A DNA stretch of 60,170 bases from an uncultured Methylococcales bacterium (GCA_913009265.1 CAJVYL010000001.1:1-60170); one strand, 5' to 3'; positions 40,681 through 50,177 are shown, counted from the stretch's first letter. Numbers and translations are program-made. Notes: generated by a model from the sequence alone, not told the origin.

Positions 40681-42009
40681 ATGTACCAATCTGTATTTCT
40701 AGAATCTCAACCCTCTGAACCTTCTGAAACAGTAGAAGACAAACAACCATCAAGTAAAAGCATGACCACAAAAATAACCAGTTATTTACGCTGGATTGGC
40801 TCATTGCTAATTATTTTATCGGCCATAAGCTTTATGCTACAAGGCTACAGTGAAATTTCTGCCACTTATCGTTATTGGGTAAGCTTAGGTCTAACATTAT
40901 TGCTCTGCGGAGGAGGACTGATTTGTGCCTACCTATTTAACGAAACCAAAGGAGCAAGAATATTTTTTGGCTTAGGAACCGCCTTTTTATCCGTACAAGT
41001 ATCACAAGTCAGTGCAATGATTTATGCCTATCTACATGGTGATAGTGCATTACAACCTGCCTTTACCTCCTTACAGTTTAGTCATGTTAGTCCGGGCATT
41101 ATTGCTTTAGACCTCGTTATTACGGGCATATTACTTTTACTTGTCAGCTATGCTAGCTTTTCCATATTGGCCAGAAAACATCTTAAAACATTACTATTAG
41201 CCGCTTTTGCAGCGAATATGGTATTAATACTACCGATTAGAGATGCTCAAATCATCCCTTTTATAATTGCTGGCTTATTTTTATTTATCAGACAAATCGA
41301 ACAAGGCTTACATAGCGATAGCAGTATGCAATTAATTGAAGGCCTAGCAGCTAGAGCTTTATTAAGCTTACCTTTGTGGATTATTATTGGTCGTAGCTTA
41401 CTTCACCCAAGCTCATCACTTTTAGCTACTGTTATTTTAGGTATTGTCGTTATATATTGTATTTATGATATAAAACGTTACACATCCTCAAGTCTGATTA
41501 TATATATTGCACAATGGATTGGTACTTTTGCAGCTATTACTATTTGGGCTAATACCTCACTTGAATATGGTGATATTACTAACCCTTTATTAATTCTCCC
41601 TGCAGGCTTTATTTTATTTTCATTATCAGGACAAGTAGCTTACCATTCTCGCTTATACCGCTTTGTTAGCGCAGTAACTATTGTCGGATTAAATTTTAGC
41701 GCAATGTTAAGCCAACAAGATATCTCTTTTATTGCTCCCGTTGCAGCGATAGCATCAGGTATCTTTTTAACCATCTACGGTATGAAGCATCGTGAAAAAA
41801 TAGCTTTTTTCTGTGGCAATATCAGTGTTATTAGTGGCATTTTATTTTACTGGGAATACGCGGTAAATCTATATTCAAATACTCCCTGGATTAGCAGCAT
41901 TATATTAGGCCTATTTGTTATTTTATTAGCCTCTTATATTGAAAACAAAGAACAACAAATAAAATCAAAAACACACTATTATTTTAACCAATTAAAAAGC
42001 TGGAATTAA
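40681..42009 (+). CDS. Polytopic membrane protein of unknown family (~11-12 TM)
   Basis: About 440 aa, almost entirely hydrophobic helices after a 30-aa acidic N-terminus. ATG at 40681 is preceded by AGGTGA. It lies 9 nt after pspA-like and 3 nt before the next gene. Confidence 0.7.
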   Translation: MYQSVFLESQPSEPSETVEDKQPSSKSMTTKITSYLRWIGSLLIILSAISFMLQGYSEISATYRYWVSLGLTLLLCGGGLICAYLFNETKGARIFFGLGTAFLSVQVSQVSAMIYAYLHGDSALQPAFTSLQFSHVSPGIIALDLVITGILLLLVSYASFSILARKHLKTLLLAAFAANMVLILPIRDAQIIPFIIAGLFLFIRQIEQGLHSDSSMQLIEGLAARALLSLPLWIIIGRSLLHPSSSLLATVILGIVVIYCIYDIKRYTSSSLIIYIAQWIGTFAAITIWANTSLEYGDITNPLLILPAGFILFSLSGQVAYHSRLYRFVSAVTIVGLNFSAMLSQQDISFIAPVAAIASGIFLTIYGMKHREKIAFFCGNISVISGILFYWEYAVNLYSNTPWISSIILGLFVILLASYIENKEQQIKSKTHYYFNQLKSWN

Positions 42010-42012
42010 GTA

Positions 42013-42534
42013 ATGCCAACAAACCATCACCAAAGACTAATCCTTATAGTTTTAATATTCATCAGTAGCTCAGCCATTGCAGAACAGCTAAAACCCTTTA
42101 CCAGCGATGGCTGCTCACAATTCCCTGATGGTACATTAACTGAAAAGAATCTTTGGTGTGGTTGCTGCATTACCCATGACATTGCTTATTGGCAAGGCGG
42201 CAGTCGACAACAAAAAAAGCAAGCCGATGAAGCGCTAAGAACCTGTGTATTAAATTCCACACAAAACAGTTTACTAGCCGAGACCATGTACATTGGCGTT
42301 AGACTAGGCGGGCTGCCTATCTTTCCTGTTTGGTATCGATGGAGTTATGGCTGGGAATATGGCCGAGGTTTCCAAGCACTTAAGCAAGAAGAAAAACAGT
42401 TAGTGGCAACTCAATTGAATCAATACAAATCCACCTTAGCCAAACCCTACTGTGACTTTGAATACCCTCCAGCAATGATGATTAAAGAATCTTGGCAAGA
42501 TTTAATCAATCACTTAAAAGAGCCTATTAAATAA
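42013..42534 (+). CDS. Secreted Cys-rich protein with a phospholipase-A2-like CCxxHD motif
   Basis: Signal peptide, then SDGCSQFPDG...WCGCCITHDIAYWQGG...ADEALRTC. The CCxxHDxxY arrangement resembles the PLA2 catalytic His-Asp dyad. Recognised from memory only. Confidence 0.4.
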   Translation: MPTNHHQRLILIVLIFISSSAIAEQLKPFTSDGCSQFPDGTLTEKNLWCGCCITHDIAYWQGGSRQQKKQADEALRTCVLNSTQNSLLAETMYIGVRLGGLPIFPVWYRWSYGWEYGRGFQALKQEEKQLVATQLNQYKSTLAKPYCDFEYPPAMMIKESWQDLINHLKEPIK

Positions 42535-42626
42535 ACATACACCTCTGTTAAAGGAGATATTTTTTAAAAAATAAGTAACAATAGGAACTAGAGATTAACT
42601 TTTAGCCCTTAATCAACAATCTTTCT

Positions 42627-44825
42627 ATGCAAATATACAAAAAACTTTATTGCCTCGCTTTTTATAGTTTGATTGTTATTCTTTTACCCTCTGCACAAGT
42701 TATAGCAAAGACTGATTCAAAGAAATTAGAACCTGTCTCAGTTCAATTACGCTATCTCCATCAATTCCAATTTGCTGGTTTTTATGCTGCAATCAATCAA
42801 GGCTATTATGAAGAAGCTGGGCTTGATGTCACTCTGATTGAGGCCAAATTAGGAAAACAAACCGTTGATGAAGTGTTATCAGGTAAAGCCCAATATGGAC
42901 AAACACAAACTGATTTATTACACGCTCGCCTCCAAGGTAAACCTGTTGTTGCACTTGCACCTATTTTTCAACACTCCCCAACTGCTTTATTAGTTAGAGC
43001 CGATAGTGATATTTATTCCCCTCATGACCTTGTTGGCAAAAAAGTCATGTTACAAATGGGGGATAACTCTATCAATACATTGGCTATGTTACACCATGAA
43101 GGTGTCAAGCTAGCAGATATTGAAGTAGTAAATCAGAGCTATGTTATTGATGAATTTGTTAATAAAACTGTTGATGCCATGGGGGTTTATATAATTAACC
43201 GCCCTTTTTTATTAGAACAGGCAGGTATAAAAGGTCGAATCCTTAATCCTATAAATTATGGTATTGATTTTTATGGCGATACACTTTTTACCACAGAAGA
43301 TGAAGTCAATAAGCACCCCGAAAGAGTAGATCGTTTTTTGCAAGCCACTTTACGAGGCTGGCAATATGCCATGGATAATTCCGATGAGATAATTAACTTA
43401 ATAGTCAATCAATATCACACTCAAGAGTCACCTGAACATCTAGCATTTGAAGCCAAAACCATAAAAAAATTAATGCTACCCAGTTTAGTTGAAATAGGCC
43501 ATATGAACCCTGGCCGCTGGCAACGAATGGCAGATATTTTTGTAAAGCAAGGAAAAGCCCCTGCAAATTACTCTCTTGATGGCTTTATTTATACACCTAA
43601 CAAGCCATGGTATAAGCAATATTGGGTTCGTTACCTTTTTATCGCCTTAACATTATTAGTAATCGCAACAATATGTTTTATATATTACTGGCAATTAAGC
43701 AAACGTCTACAACATGTTATTTCTGAACGTAATATAGCTGAAAAAAATAGCCTTCGCTTAGGCCATGTACTAGAACAATCATCTAATGAAATATATATTT
43801 TTGATGTTAATACCCTTCATTTTATACAAGTGAACCAAGGAGGACGGCAGAATTTGGGCTATTCTATGGAAGAGTTACGTAACTTGACACCTATTGATAT
43901 AAAACCTGAATATTCAGAACAAAAGTTTTATGATCTTATTCAACCTTTACAAAAAGGTGAACAACAGCAATTAATATATGAAACAATCCACCAGCGTAAA
44001 AATGGTAGTTATTATCCTGTAGAAATACTACTACAAATATATTCTGTACCTGAAAAACCCATTTACTATGCAATAACAAATGATATTACTGACCGAAAAA
44101 GAATAGACAAGGAACTACTAGAAAAAAATACTGAGCTGGAACAGTTTATCTATATGATCTCTCATGATCTCAAAAGCCCCTTAGTAACGGTTAAAACCTT
44201 TCTCAGTTATTTAGTACAAGATATTGAAAAAGAAAACAGCTCAAGAATTGCTGAAGATATTGGGTTTATGTCTACAGCTACTAATAAAATGAGTATATTA
44301 CTTGATGATTTACTCGAATACTCAAGAATAGGCCGACAATCAAAGAATATACAGCCCATCTCATTTAAACAGCTTACTTCCGATGCATTAAAGTTAACTG
44401 CAGGTAATATCTCTAAAAACAATATTACCGTTCAAGTGAAGGATATCGACCTTAGCTTATTAGGCGACCATAGTGAATTATTACAAATCTGGCAGAACTT
44501 AATAGAAAATTCGATTAAGTATATGGGTGACCAAGCAAACCCTTTAATTGAAATAGGTATCCACAATATTATTGCCAACCCCATCTTTTATGTTAGAGAT
44601 AACGGGATAGGGATTGAGTCACAATACCATGAAAAAGTTTTTGAAATATTTGAGCAATTAAACCCAGAGATTGATGGCAGTGGCTTGGGCTTAGCGCTAA
44701 TAAAGCGTATAGTTGAGCTTTACCAAGGTTCAATATATGTTGAATCAAAAGGATCTGGACAAGGGGCATGCTTTCTATTTACCCTGCCTACAGCTAATAA
44801 CTTAACCCCTAATGGAGAATCATAA
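42627..44825 (+). CDS. Sensor histidine kinase: periplasmic NMT1/SsuA-like solute-binding domain, TM, PAS, HisKA, HATPase
   Basis: Signal/TM1. Periplasmic VQLRYLHQFQFAGFYAAINQGYYEEAGLDV is NMT1-like. TM2 at about residue 335, a PAS region, H-box ISHDLKSPL, N-box QNLIENSIKY and G-boxes DNGIGI/GSGLGL. Confidence 0.88.
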   Translation: MQIYKKLYCLAFYSLIVILLPSAQVIAKTDSKKLEPVSVQLRYLHQFQFAGFYAAINQGYYEEAGLDVTLIEAKLGKQTVDEVLSGKAQYGQTQTDLLHARLQGKPVVALAPIFQHSPTALLVRADSDIYSPHDLVGKKVMLQMGDNSINTLAMLHHEGVKLADIEVVNQSYVIDEFVNKTVDAMGVYIINRPFLLEQAGIKGRILNPINYGIDFYGDTLFTTEDEVNKHPERVDRFLQATLRGWQYAMDNSDEIINLIVNQYHTQESPEHLAFEAKTIKKLMLPSLVEIGHMNPGRWQRMADIFVKQGKAPANYSLDGFIYTPNKPWYKQYWVRYLFIALTLLVIATICFIYYWQLSKRLQHVISERNIAEKNSLRLGHVLEQSSNEIYIFDVNTLHFIQVNQGGRQNLGYSMEELRNLTPIDIKPEYSEQKFYDLIQPLQKGEQQQLIYETIHQRKNGSYYPVEILLQIYSVPEKPIYYAITNDITDRKRIDKELLEKNTELEQFIYMISHDLKSPLVTVKTFLSYLVQDIEKENSSRIAEDIGFMSTATNKMSILLDDLLEYSRIGRQSKNIQPISFKQLTSDALKLTAGNISKNNITVQVKDIDLSLLGDHSELLQIWQNLIENSIKYMGDQANPLIEIGIHNIIANPIFYVRDNGIGIESQYHEKVFEIFEQLNPEIDGSGLGLALIKRIVELYQGSIYVESKGSGQGACFLFTLPTANNLTPNGES

Positions 44826-45271
44826 TGGAAGGAAATCCCATCACTATTTTATTAGTAGAAGACGAAGATGCGCATGCAGCTATTGTTAAACGTAATTTTA
44901 ATGACTTCAAACTAGCCAACAAAATTAATCATGTTAAAGATGGGCAAGCCGCTCTTGATTATTTATATCAACGCAATCAATATAGTGACCCGTTATCATC
45001 ACCAAGGCCTGAATTAATTTTACTTGATTTACGTTTACCAAAAGTAGATGGACTGGAAGTCTTAAAAACCATTAAAACCGACCCTTCCTTAACGCCTATT
45101 CCTGTCGTCATAATGACCACATCATCAGCAGAAAAAGACATTACTCAAGCTTATGATAATTATGCTAACAGCTATTTAGTTAAACCTTTAGATTTGCAAC
45201 AATTTATGCCCATGCTTGAAAGCATAGGCTTTTATTGGCTAGTATGGAACAAATCTCCAAATATTGACTAA
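44825..45271 (+). CDS. Single-domain response regulator (REC only)
   Basis: ILLVEDEDAHA, LILLDLRLPKVDG and SYLVKP motifs. The start overlaps the kinase stop (TAATG). Confidence 0.9.
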   Translation: MEGNPITILLVEDEDAHAAIVKRNFNDFKLANKINHVKDGQAALDYLYQRNQYSDPLSSPRPELILLDLRLPKVDGLEVLKTIKTDPSLTPIPVVIMTTSSAEKDITQAYDNYANSYLVKPLDLQQFMPMLESIGFYWLVWNKSPNID

Positions 45272-45333
45272 TCAAGAGAATATCCTAAACTGCTTAATAT
45301 GCATTGTCTTTATCAAACAAAAAAGGTTAGGTT

Positions 45334-46209
45334 TTGAAACCATCAGTTGAAATGAACACTCCCGATGCACTAGTCGCTAATGTTGTTCATCTAATTAGCT
45401 TACCCAATGTTTATACTCAACTAGAAAAAACCTTAAAGGATCCTAACCATACTCGCAATGACATTGCTGCTATTGTTAATATAGATCCCGCCCTATGTGC
45501 TCGCACACTTAGGATTATCAACAGCTCATATTATGCCCTACCCAAGACTATCTATAATATAGGTACGGCAATAAATCTTATTGGTGAATATGATTTACGT
45601 AATATTGTACTTATCTCTTCTGTCGTTAATTCAGTTGACGCACTAACAGACAATGGAATTAATATTACTGAATTTTGGCAACATAGTATCCGTTGTGGCA
45701 TGATTGCTAAATTGCTTGCAAATACAATATCTGCACCTGACCCAGAATTATTATTTCTTACTGGGTTGTTACATGACATTGGCCAACTTATTATCTACAA
45801 AAATGAACCTGAATTATCAACAACCATTACTTGGCATAAAACCGAAGAAAACAAACAAAGATACCAAATTGAGCAATCATTATTAGGTTTTGGTCACCCT
45901 ATTGTTGGTGCATTACTTTTAGAAAAATGGAGCGTTCCTGAACAAGTTAGCGAAACGGTTAAATATCATCACCAACCCGATGAAACAGCTCTTTATCAAA
46001 AAGAAGCAAAAATCGTTGGGCTTGCAGATCAGCTAATACACTTTGTTGAATCCAATAGTGATTTAGCTGAAATTGATTTTGAACAGTTACCGCCTTTAAT
46101 AAGTAGCTATTTAGATGACTTAAATATTTCAAACCTCATTATTTTTGACCTTCTAACTGAGGCAATAGATCAAAGCCAAGCTATAGAAAATATTATCTGT
46201 ACTGGTTAA
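45334..46209 (+). CDS. HDOD-domain signalling protein
   Basis: HDOD-like pattern: LPNVYTQLEKTLKDPN, then LLHDIGQL and KYHHQP. The start is uncertain (TTG at 45334 or ATG at 45352). Confidence 0.75.
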   Translation: MKPSVEMNTPDALVANVVHLISLPNVYTQLEKTLKDPNHTRNDIAAIVNIDPALCARTLRIINSSYYALPKTIYNIGTAINLIGEYDLRNIVLISSVVNSVDALTDNGINITEFWQHSIRCGMIAKLLANTISAPDPELLFLTGLLHDIGQLIIYKNEPELSTTITWHKTEENKQRYQIEQSLLGFGHPIVGALLLEKWSVPEQVSETVKYHHQPDETALYQKEAKIVGLADQLIHFVESNSDLAEIDFEQLPPLISSYLDDLNISNLIIFDLLTEAIDQSQAIENIICTG

Positions 46210-46402
46210 AACAGTCATAATCTTGAAAGAACGTAACTACTCTGTGTATAAATTTGAAAATAACTGGGTAATTTATTAGTTAATTGGAGCACATACTTAA
46301 GCTACATTTTATGCATACCCTTGCAGGCTAAAGCCAGCGCCCCAATACGCTAATAAACTGAGTAATTACAAAAAAAATATAAACGCCTGATGAGAGTAAC
46401 TA

Positions 46403-48538
46403 ATGAGTGAACCCAAAAACCTGAAATTGCCAACAAGCAATAAAAAACAAACATTCAGAGTTTTATTAGTTGAAGATGACCTTGCACATGAGGCATTAAT
46501 TTTACGTTCATTTGAAACTCACCCACAATATCAAGTAATTACCAAACGCACTCTAGCTGAGGCTTGCCAGCTTATTTCACAATATCAGCCCGATTTAATT
46601 ATTACAGACGTTCGTTTACCCGATGGCGATGGTATTCATTTTGTTGATCAATGCCTACATAAAAAAACATGCCCTATTATTGTAATGACCAGCTTCGGAG
46701 ATGAAGCAATTGCAGTTAAAGCTATAAAGGCTGGGGCCTTAGATTATGTTGTAAAATCAGACCATACCTTACGTGAACTCCCTGTAATTGCCAATCGTGT
46801 ACTTCGAGAATGGCGACTTATTTTAGATAAACAAATAGCTGTTGATCAACAAAGTAGATTGATTGCTATTTTAGAGTCAACACCAGATTTAATTTGTATT
46901 GCGGATATTGATGGCTTTCTCACTTACCTGAATAAAGCAGGGTATGAATTACTTGGGATTCCCGAAGACAAAGATTTAAGCAGAATTCGTTTAACTGATT
47001 TTCACGAAAGAGATGATGCTATCTTAATTATGTCAGAAGCTATTCCCTGTGCAATTAAGCACGGTATGTGGAAGGGAGAAACAACCTTTATATCAGCTTC
47101 AAATAAGAATATATTAACCTCTCAAGTATTAATTACTCACAAGTCGGCTGATGGTGATATTGATTTTTTTTCAACCGTCGCCAAAGATATCCGCGACCTA
47201 CGTTCAGCAGAAGAAACTATAAAGTACTTAGCTTATTACGATACCTTAACCGGCTTAGCTAATCGCAATGAACTATTAAAACAACTCGACCATGAAATTG
47301 ATAGAGTCCACCGCAACAAAATGCATAGTGCTCTGTTATATATTGATCTTGATAACTTTAAATGTGTAAACGATTCTCTCGGCCATCCAACAGGTGACTT
47401 GGTTTTAAAAGAAATAGCTCAACGATTAAAGACAGAAATTAGAGGCGAAGATATCCTTGCAAGGCTAGGAGGCGATGAGTTTGTAGTTATTCTCACTGGA
47501 CTGAGCTCTGATTCACTAGAAGCTATTAACCAAGCGCGCCAAGTAACCAAAAAGCTTAATGAATTTATTGCAAAAGATATCCAAGTTGAAAGCATGACAT
47601 TCAACCTAACAGCAAGCATTGGAATATCAATGTTTTCTGCGGGAACAGACAATAGTCATGAATTACTCCGTTTTGCTGATACTGCCATGTATGAAGCAAA
47701 AAAATCAGGAAAAAACCAATTTGAAGTATTTCATAAGGATATGAGTATCAAGGTTCAACGCCAGCTTGAACTTGAGCACAAATTAAGAAAAGCCTATTGC
47801 AATAAAGAATTTATACTTTACTTCCAACCAAAAAACGAGGCCGCAACAGGCCGCATTCATGGAGCAGAAGTCTTATTACGCTGGAATGACCCAGAAAAAG
47901 GAATTAGAGCACCTGGCCACTTCCTAGACATACTAGAATCATCATCTTTAATGCTAGACGTAGGACACTGGATATTTGAAGAAAGCCTCAAACATCTAGC
48001 ACAATGGATTGCAGAGGGGCTTTGGAAACCAGAGCAAAGACTCAGTATCAATATCAGTACACGTCAATTTCAAGATGAAAACTTTAGCCAATTAATACTT
48101 GATTTGATAGAGAAAATTAATGTTCCCGCTCAATGTATTGATATTGAAATTACCGAATATAGCCTGATTAATGATGTAAAGAAATCTGTATCTAAAATGG
48201 AAGAATTAATTAATAAAGGCGTAAGTTTTTCCTTAGATGACTTTGGAACAGGCTACTCATCATTAAGCTATTTAAAAAACTTGCCTGTAGCAACCGTCAA
48301 AATTGATAGATCCTTTATTCAGGATATTACCGAAGATAAAAGCGATAAGGCACTCGTCACCTCTATTATTACAATCTCTAAGAACCTTGGTTTATCTGTT
48401 ATTGCCGAGGGCGTAGAAACTAAAGAACAATTAGAAATATTAAATCAATATCAATGCGAATATGTACAAGGTTATTACTTTAGTAAACCAGTACCTGCTA
48501 TAGAGTTTGAACATTTACTCATATCTAAGGAGCCTTAA
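46403..48538 (+). CDS. Response regulator with REC-PAS-GGDEF-EAL architecture
   Basis: REC (VLLVEDD, IITDVRLPDGDG). GGDEF is intact (LGGDEFVV). EAL-domain motifs are EVLLRW, NIS, EITE, DDFGTGYSS, KIDRSF, EGVET and QGYYFSKP. Confidence 0.92.
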   Translation: MSEPKNLKLPTSNKKQTFRVLLVEDDLAHEALILRSFETHPQYQVITKRTLAEACQLISQYQPDLIITDVRLPDGDGIHFVDQCLHKKTCPIIVMTSFGDEAIAVKAIKAGALDYVVKSDHTLRELPVIANRVLREWRLILDKQIAVDQQSRLIAILESTPDLICIADIDGFLTYLNKAGYELLGIPEDKDLSRIRLTDFHERDDAILIMSEAIPCAIKHGMWKGETTFISASNKNILTSQVLITHKSADGDIDFFSTVAKDIRDLRSAEETIKYLAYYDTLTGLANRNELLKQLDHEIDRVHRNKMHSALLYIDLDNFKCVNDSLGHPTGDLVLKEIAQRLKTEIRGEDILARLGGDEFVVILTGLSSDSLEAINQARQVTKKLNEFIAKDIQVESMTFNLTASIGISMFSAGTDNSHELLRFADTAMYEAKKSGKNQFEVFHKDMSIKVQRQLELEHKLRKAYCNKEFILYFQPKNEAATGRIHGAEVLLRWNDPEKGIRAPGHFLDILESSSLMLDVGHWIFEESLKHLAQWIAEGLWKPEQRLSINISTRQFQDENFSQLILDLIEKINVPAQCIDIEITEYSLINDVKKSVSKMEELINKGVSFSLDDFGTGYSSLSYLKNLPVATVKIDRSFIQDITEDKSDKALVTSIITISKNLGLSVIAEGVETKEQLEILNQYQCEYVQGYYFSKPVPAIEFEHLLISKEP

Positions 48539-48553
48539 TACCAAGTCCAATTA

Positions 48554-48574
48554 ATTGGGTTTATTGAACCCAAT
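48554..48574. terminator. Small hairpin between the convergent REC-GGDEF-EAL and TPR genes
   Basis: ATTGGGTT pairs with AACCCAAT around a 5-nt loop. The U-tract is weak. Confidence 0.35.
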
Positions 48575-48641
48575 ATACACTTTTGAATTTGTCATTACTG
48601 TTAAAAGTAGAAATTCACGTCATAGCAGAAGAATTAAGTGA

Positions 48642-49622
48642 TTATAAATCTTTTTCCCAGTCTTCCAGATAATCATTCAACAACAATTTATCATCCTTCA
48701 CTGAATAATCTTTCGAATACTCTATTGCTTTAAATTTATTAAAATTTTCTGAAAAAGCCCCCCCTTTTTCAATTGTATTCTGGAATATGATTTTATTAAT
48801 AATCGCTGGTTCATAATGTGGATCTAACTCAATTGCCTTATCAAAGGCTTCCAAAGCCTGTTCATTTTCAGCCAAATGAGCAAAACAGAGGGCCATATTG
48901 CCAAAAGACTGTGGACTGTTTCGATTAATCGCAACAACTTGTTGAAATCCAGAACAAGCTTTATCCCACTGCTGATTCTCCATCAGCTCAAAGGCCGAAT
49001 CAAATTTACTCAAACTTAATAGATAATCCTCTATCCCAAGTCCCGTTTCTTCAATAACGCCTCTCTCAAAATCAGATAATGCCTGCCCAGCCTGATGAAC
49101 TATTTCACTATTGTCACCCCCCATTTCCAAAGCTTTTTGAAATGAAGTAATCATTTCAAAAACATCCAATTTATTTTGAGCGGCCAAAGCTCGGTTAAAC
49201 CAGCACTCAGCAAAATAAGGATATATTTCCAATGCTTTATCAAAGCAGTCCATAGCCTCATCAAACTGATCTTTCATTGCATAAACTGTCCCCATAGCAT
49301 AATGAACAGTGTGCAAGTCCATATTATCATTCCATAATTGACGAATAATCGACTCTCCCATCATATTACCCGACTCAACCATCATTAAAGCCTGATCAAT
49401 CCTCTCATCAACTGCTGGATCAATACGCGCCACAAAAGAACCCGGTGACTTTTTGGCCTTTTCAACTGCATAATTTTTCGAGTCTTTATAATAACTGCAC
49501 CCCTCACACTCTGAATAACGAATTTCAGCACAGCAACGCGAACATACCAACGCTTTATCTTTAATTAAACAGCCACGTTTACCTTTGGCCTTTGAACAAA
49601 CAATACATTTTTGTGATTTCAT
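48642..49622 (-). CDS. TPR-repeat protein with an N-terminal Cys-rich zinc-ribbon-like region
   Basis: The N-terminus has about 10 Cys (CIVCSK...CSRCCAEIRYSECEGC). The rest shows repeated TPR-like A/F/Y patterns (AMDCFDKALEIYPYFAECWFNRALA, ALEAFDKAIELDPHYEPA). Confidence 0.75.
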   Translation of the reverse strand: MKSQKCIVCSKAKGKRGCLIKDKALVCSRCCAEIRYSECEGCSYYKDSKNYAVEKAKKSPGSFVARIDPAVDERIDQALMMVESGNMMGESIIRQLWNDNMDLHTVHYAMGTVYAMKDQFDEAMDCFDKALEIYPYFAECWFNRALAAQNKLDVFEMITSFQKALEMGGDNSEIVHQAGQALSDFERGVIEETGLGIEDYLLSLSKFDSAFELMENQQWDKACSGFQQVVAINRNSPQSFGNMALCFAHLAENEQALEAFDKAIELDPHYEPAIINKIIFQNTIEKGGAFSENFNKFKAIEYSKDYSVKDDKLLLNDYLEDWEKDL

Positions 49623-49707
49623 ATTTTCTAAATCTACTTACTTAACTTAATTTGTAACTACTCGCCCCCATTAATCCTTTCGCCAGCGAGAGCCATTTGA
49701 ATAGCGA

Positions 49708-49881
49708 TCAATGGATGTAACCTTTATTAGCCATTGTTTGCATTAAGTCCCCACGATGAAAAACGTGTATCCACTAGTTTTTCATGCCTACCCGAAAGGA
49801 AGTTTCATCCACATGAATGATGGGATTGACTAGAGCGGGGGAGAAATAAAATAAACTTTCACCGACTCTCTCTAATGTCAC
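49708..49881 (-). pseudogene. Possible relic of a DDE transposase (IS66-like DETxxR...W motif) with an in-frame stop
   Basis: The minus strand reads ...PALVNPIIHVDETSFRVGMKN*WIHVFHRGDL. This resembles the DETGWRVxGKxxWLWVF block I recall from IS66-family transposases. Only about 40 codons remain, with no inverted repeats or rest of the gene. Confidence 0.3.
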
Positions 49882-49883
49882 CT

Positions 49884-50016
49884 GGCTCCCACGCGCTGCG
49901 TGGGAGCCTATTTTTATACGCGCCAGCGTAGAACACCAAGAATAACAACGGTATTTCTTATTCAATAATATGACGCAGGCGCGTCGCATCTGAATTCCCA
50001 CGCAGCGCGTGGGAAC
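49884..50016. repeat. Compound palindromic (REP-pair / MITE-like) element
   Basis: Hairpin GGCTCCCACGC-GCT-GCGTGGGAGCC (49884-49908) and hairpin TTCCCACGC-AGC-GCGTGGGAA (49995-50015) have reverse-complementary loops, so they are inverted copies. The sub-terminal 12-mers ACGCGCCAGCGT (49918-49929) and ACGCAGGCGCGT (49973-49984) are also inverted, matching at 11 of 12 positions. Confidence 0.75.
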
Positions 50017-50102
50017 TAGTAAAGCGAAATCAAGGGACATATCAGCTAAACCTTGATTCCACTTTGTTTCATCAAGACTACAAAAGCTTATATAAATAAT
50101 TT

Positions 50103-50169
50103 GTAGGAGGGGCCTCTGGCCGCGACTGCTCTTGATCTTGTTTCTGTCGCGGCCAGAGGCCCCTCCTAC
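50103..50169. repeat. GC-rich palindromic element, copy 2 (24-bp perfect stem, 19-nt loop)
   Basis: GTAGGAGGGGCCTCTGGCCGCGAC (50103-50126) pairs with GTCGCGGCCAGAGGCCCCTCCTAC (50146-50169). Same family as 38197-38263. It is followed by T6 on the plus strand and lies 9 nt from the ybiT stop. Confidence 0.9.
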
Positions 50170-50177
50170 CTTTTTTG

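Noticed and set aside
49774-50040. 88-aa ORF in the TPR/ybiT intergenic region, considered as a real gene
   Set aside because: Most of it translates GC-rich palindromic repeats. Only the C-terminal ~20 residues look protein-like, and those are reported separately as a possible transposase relic.
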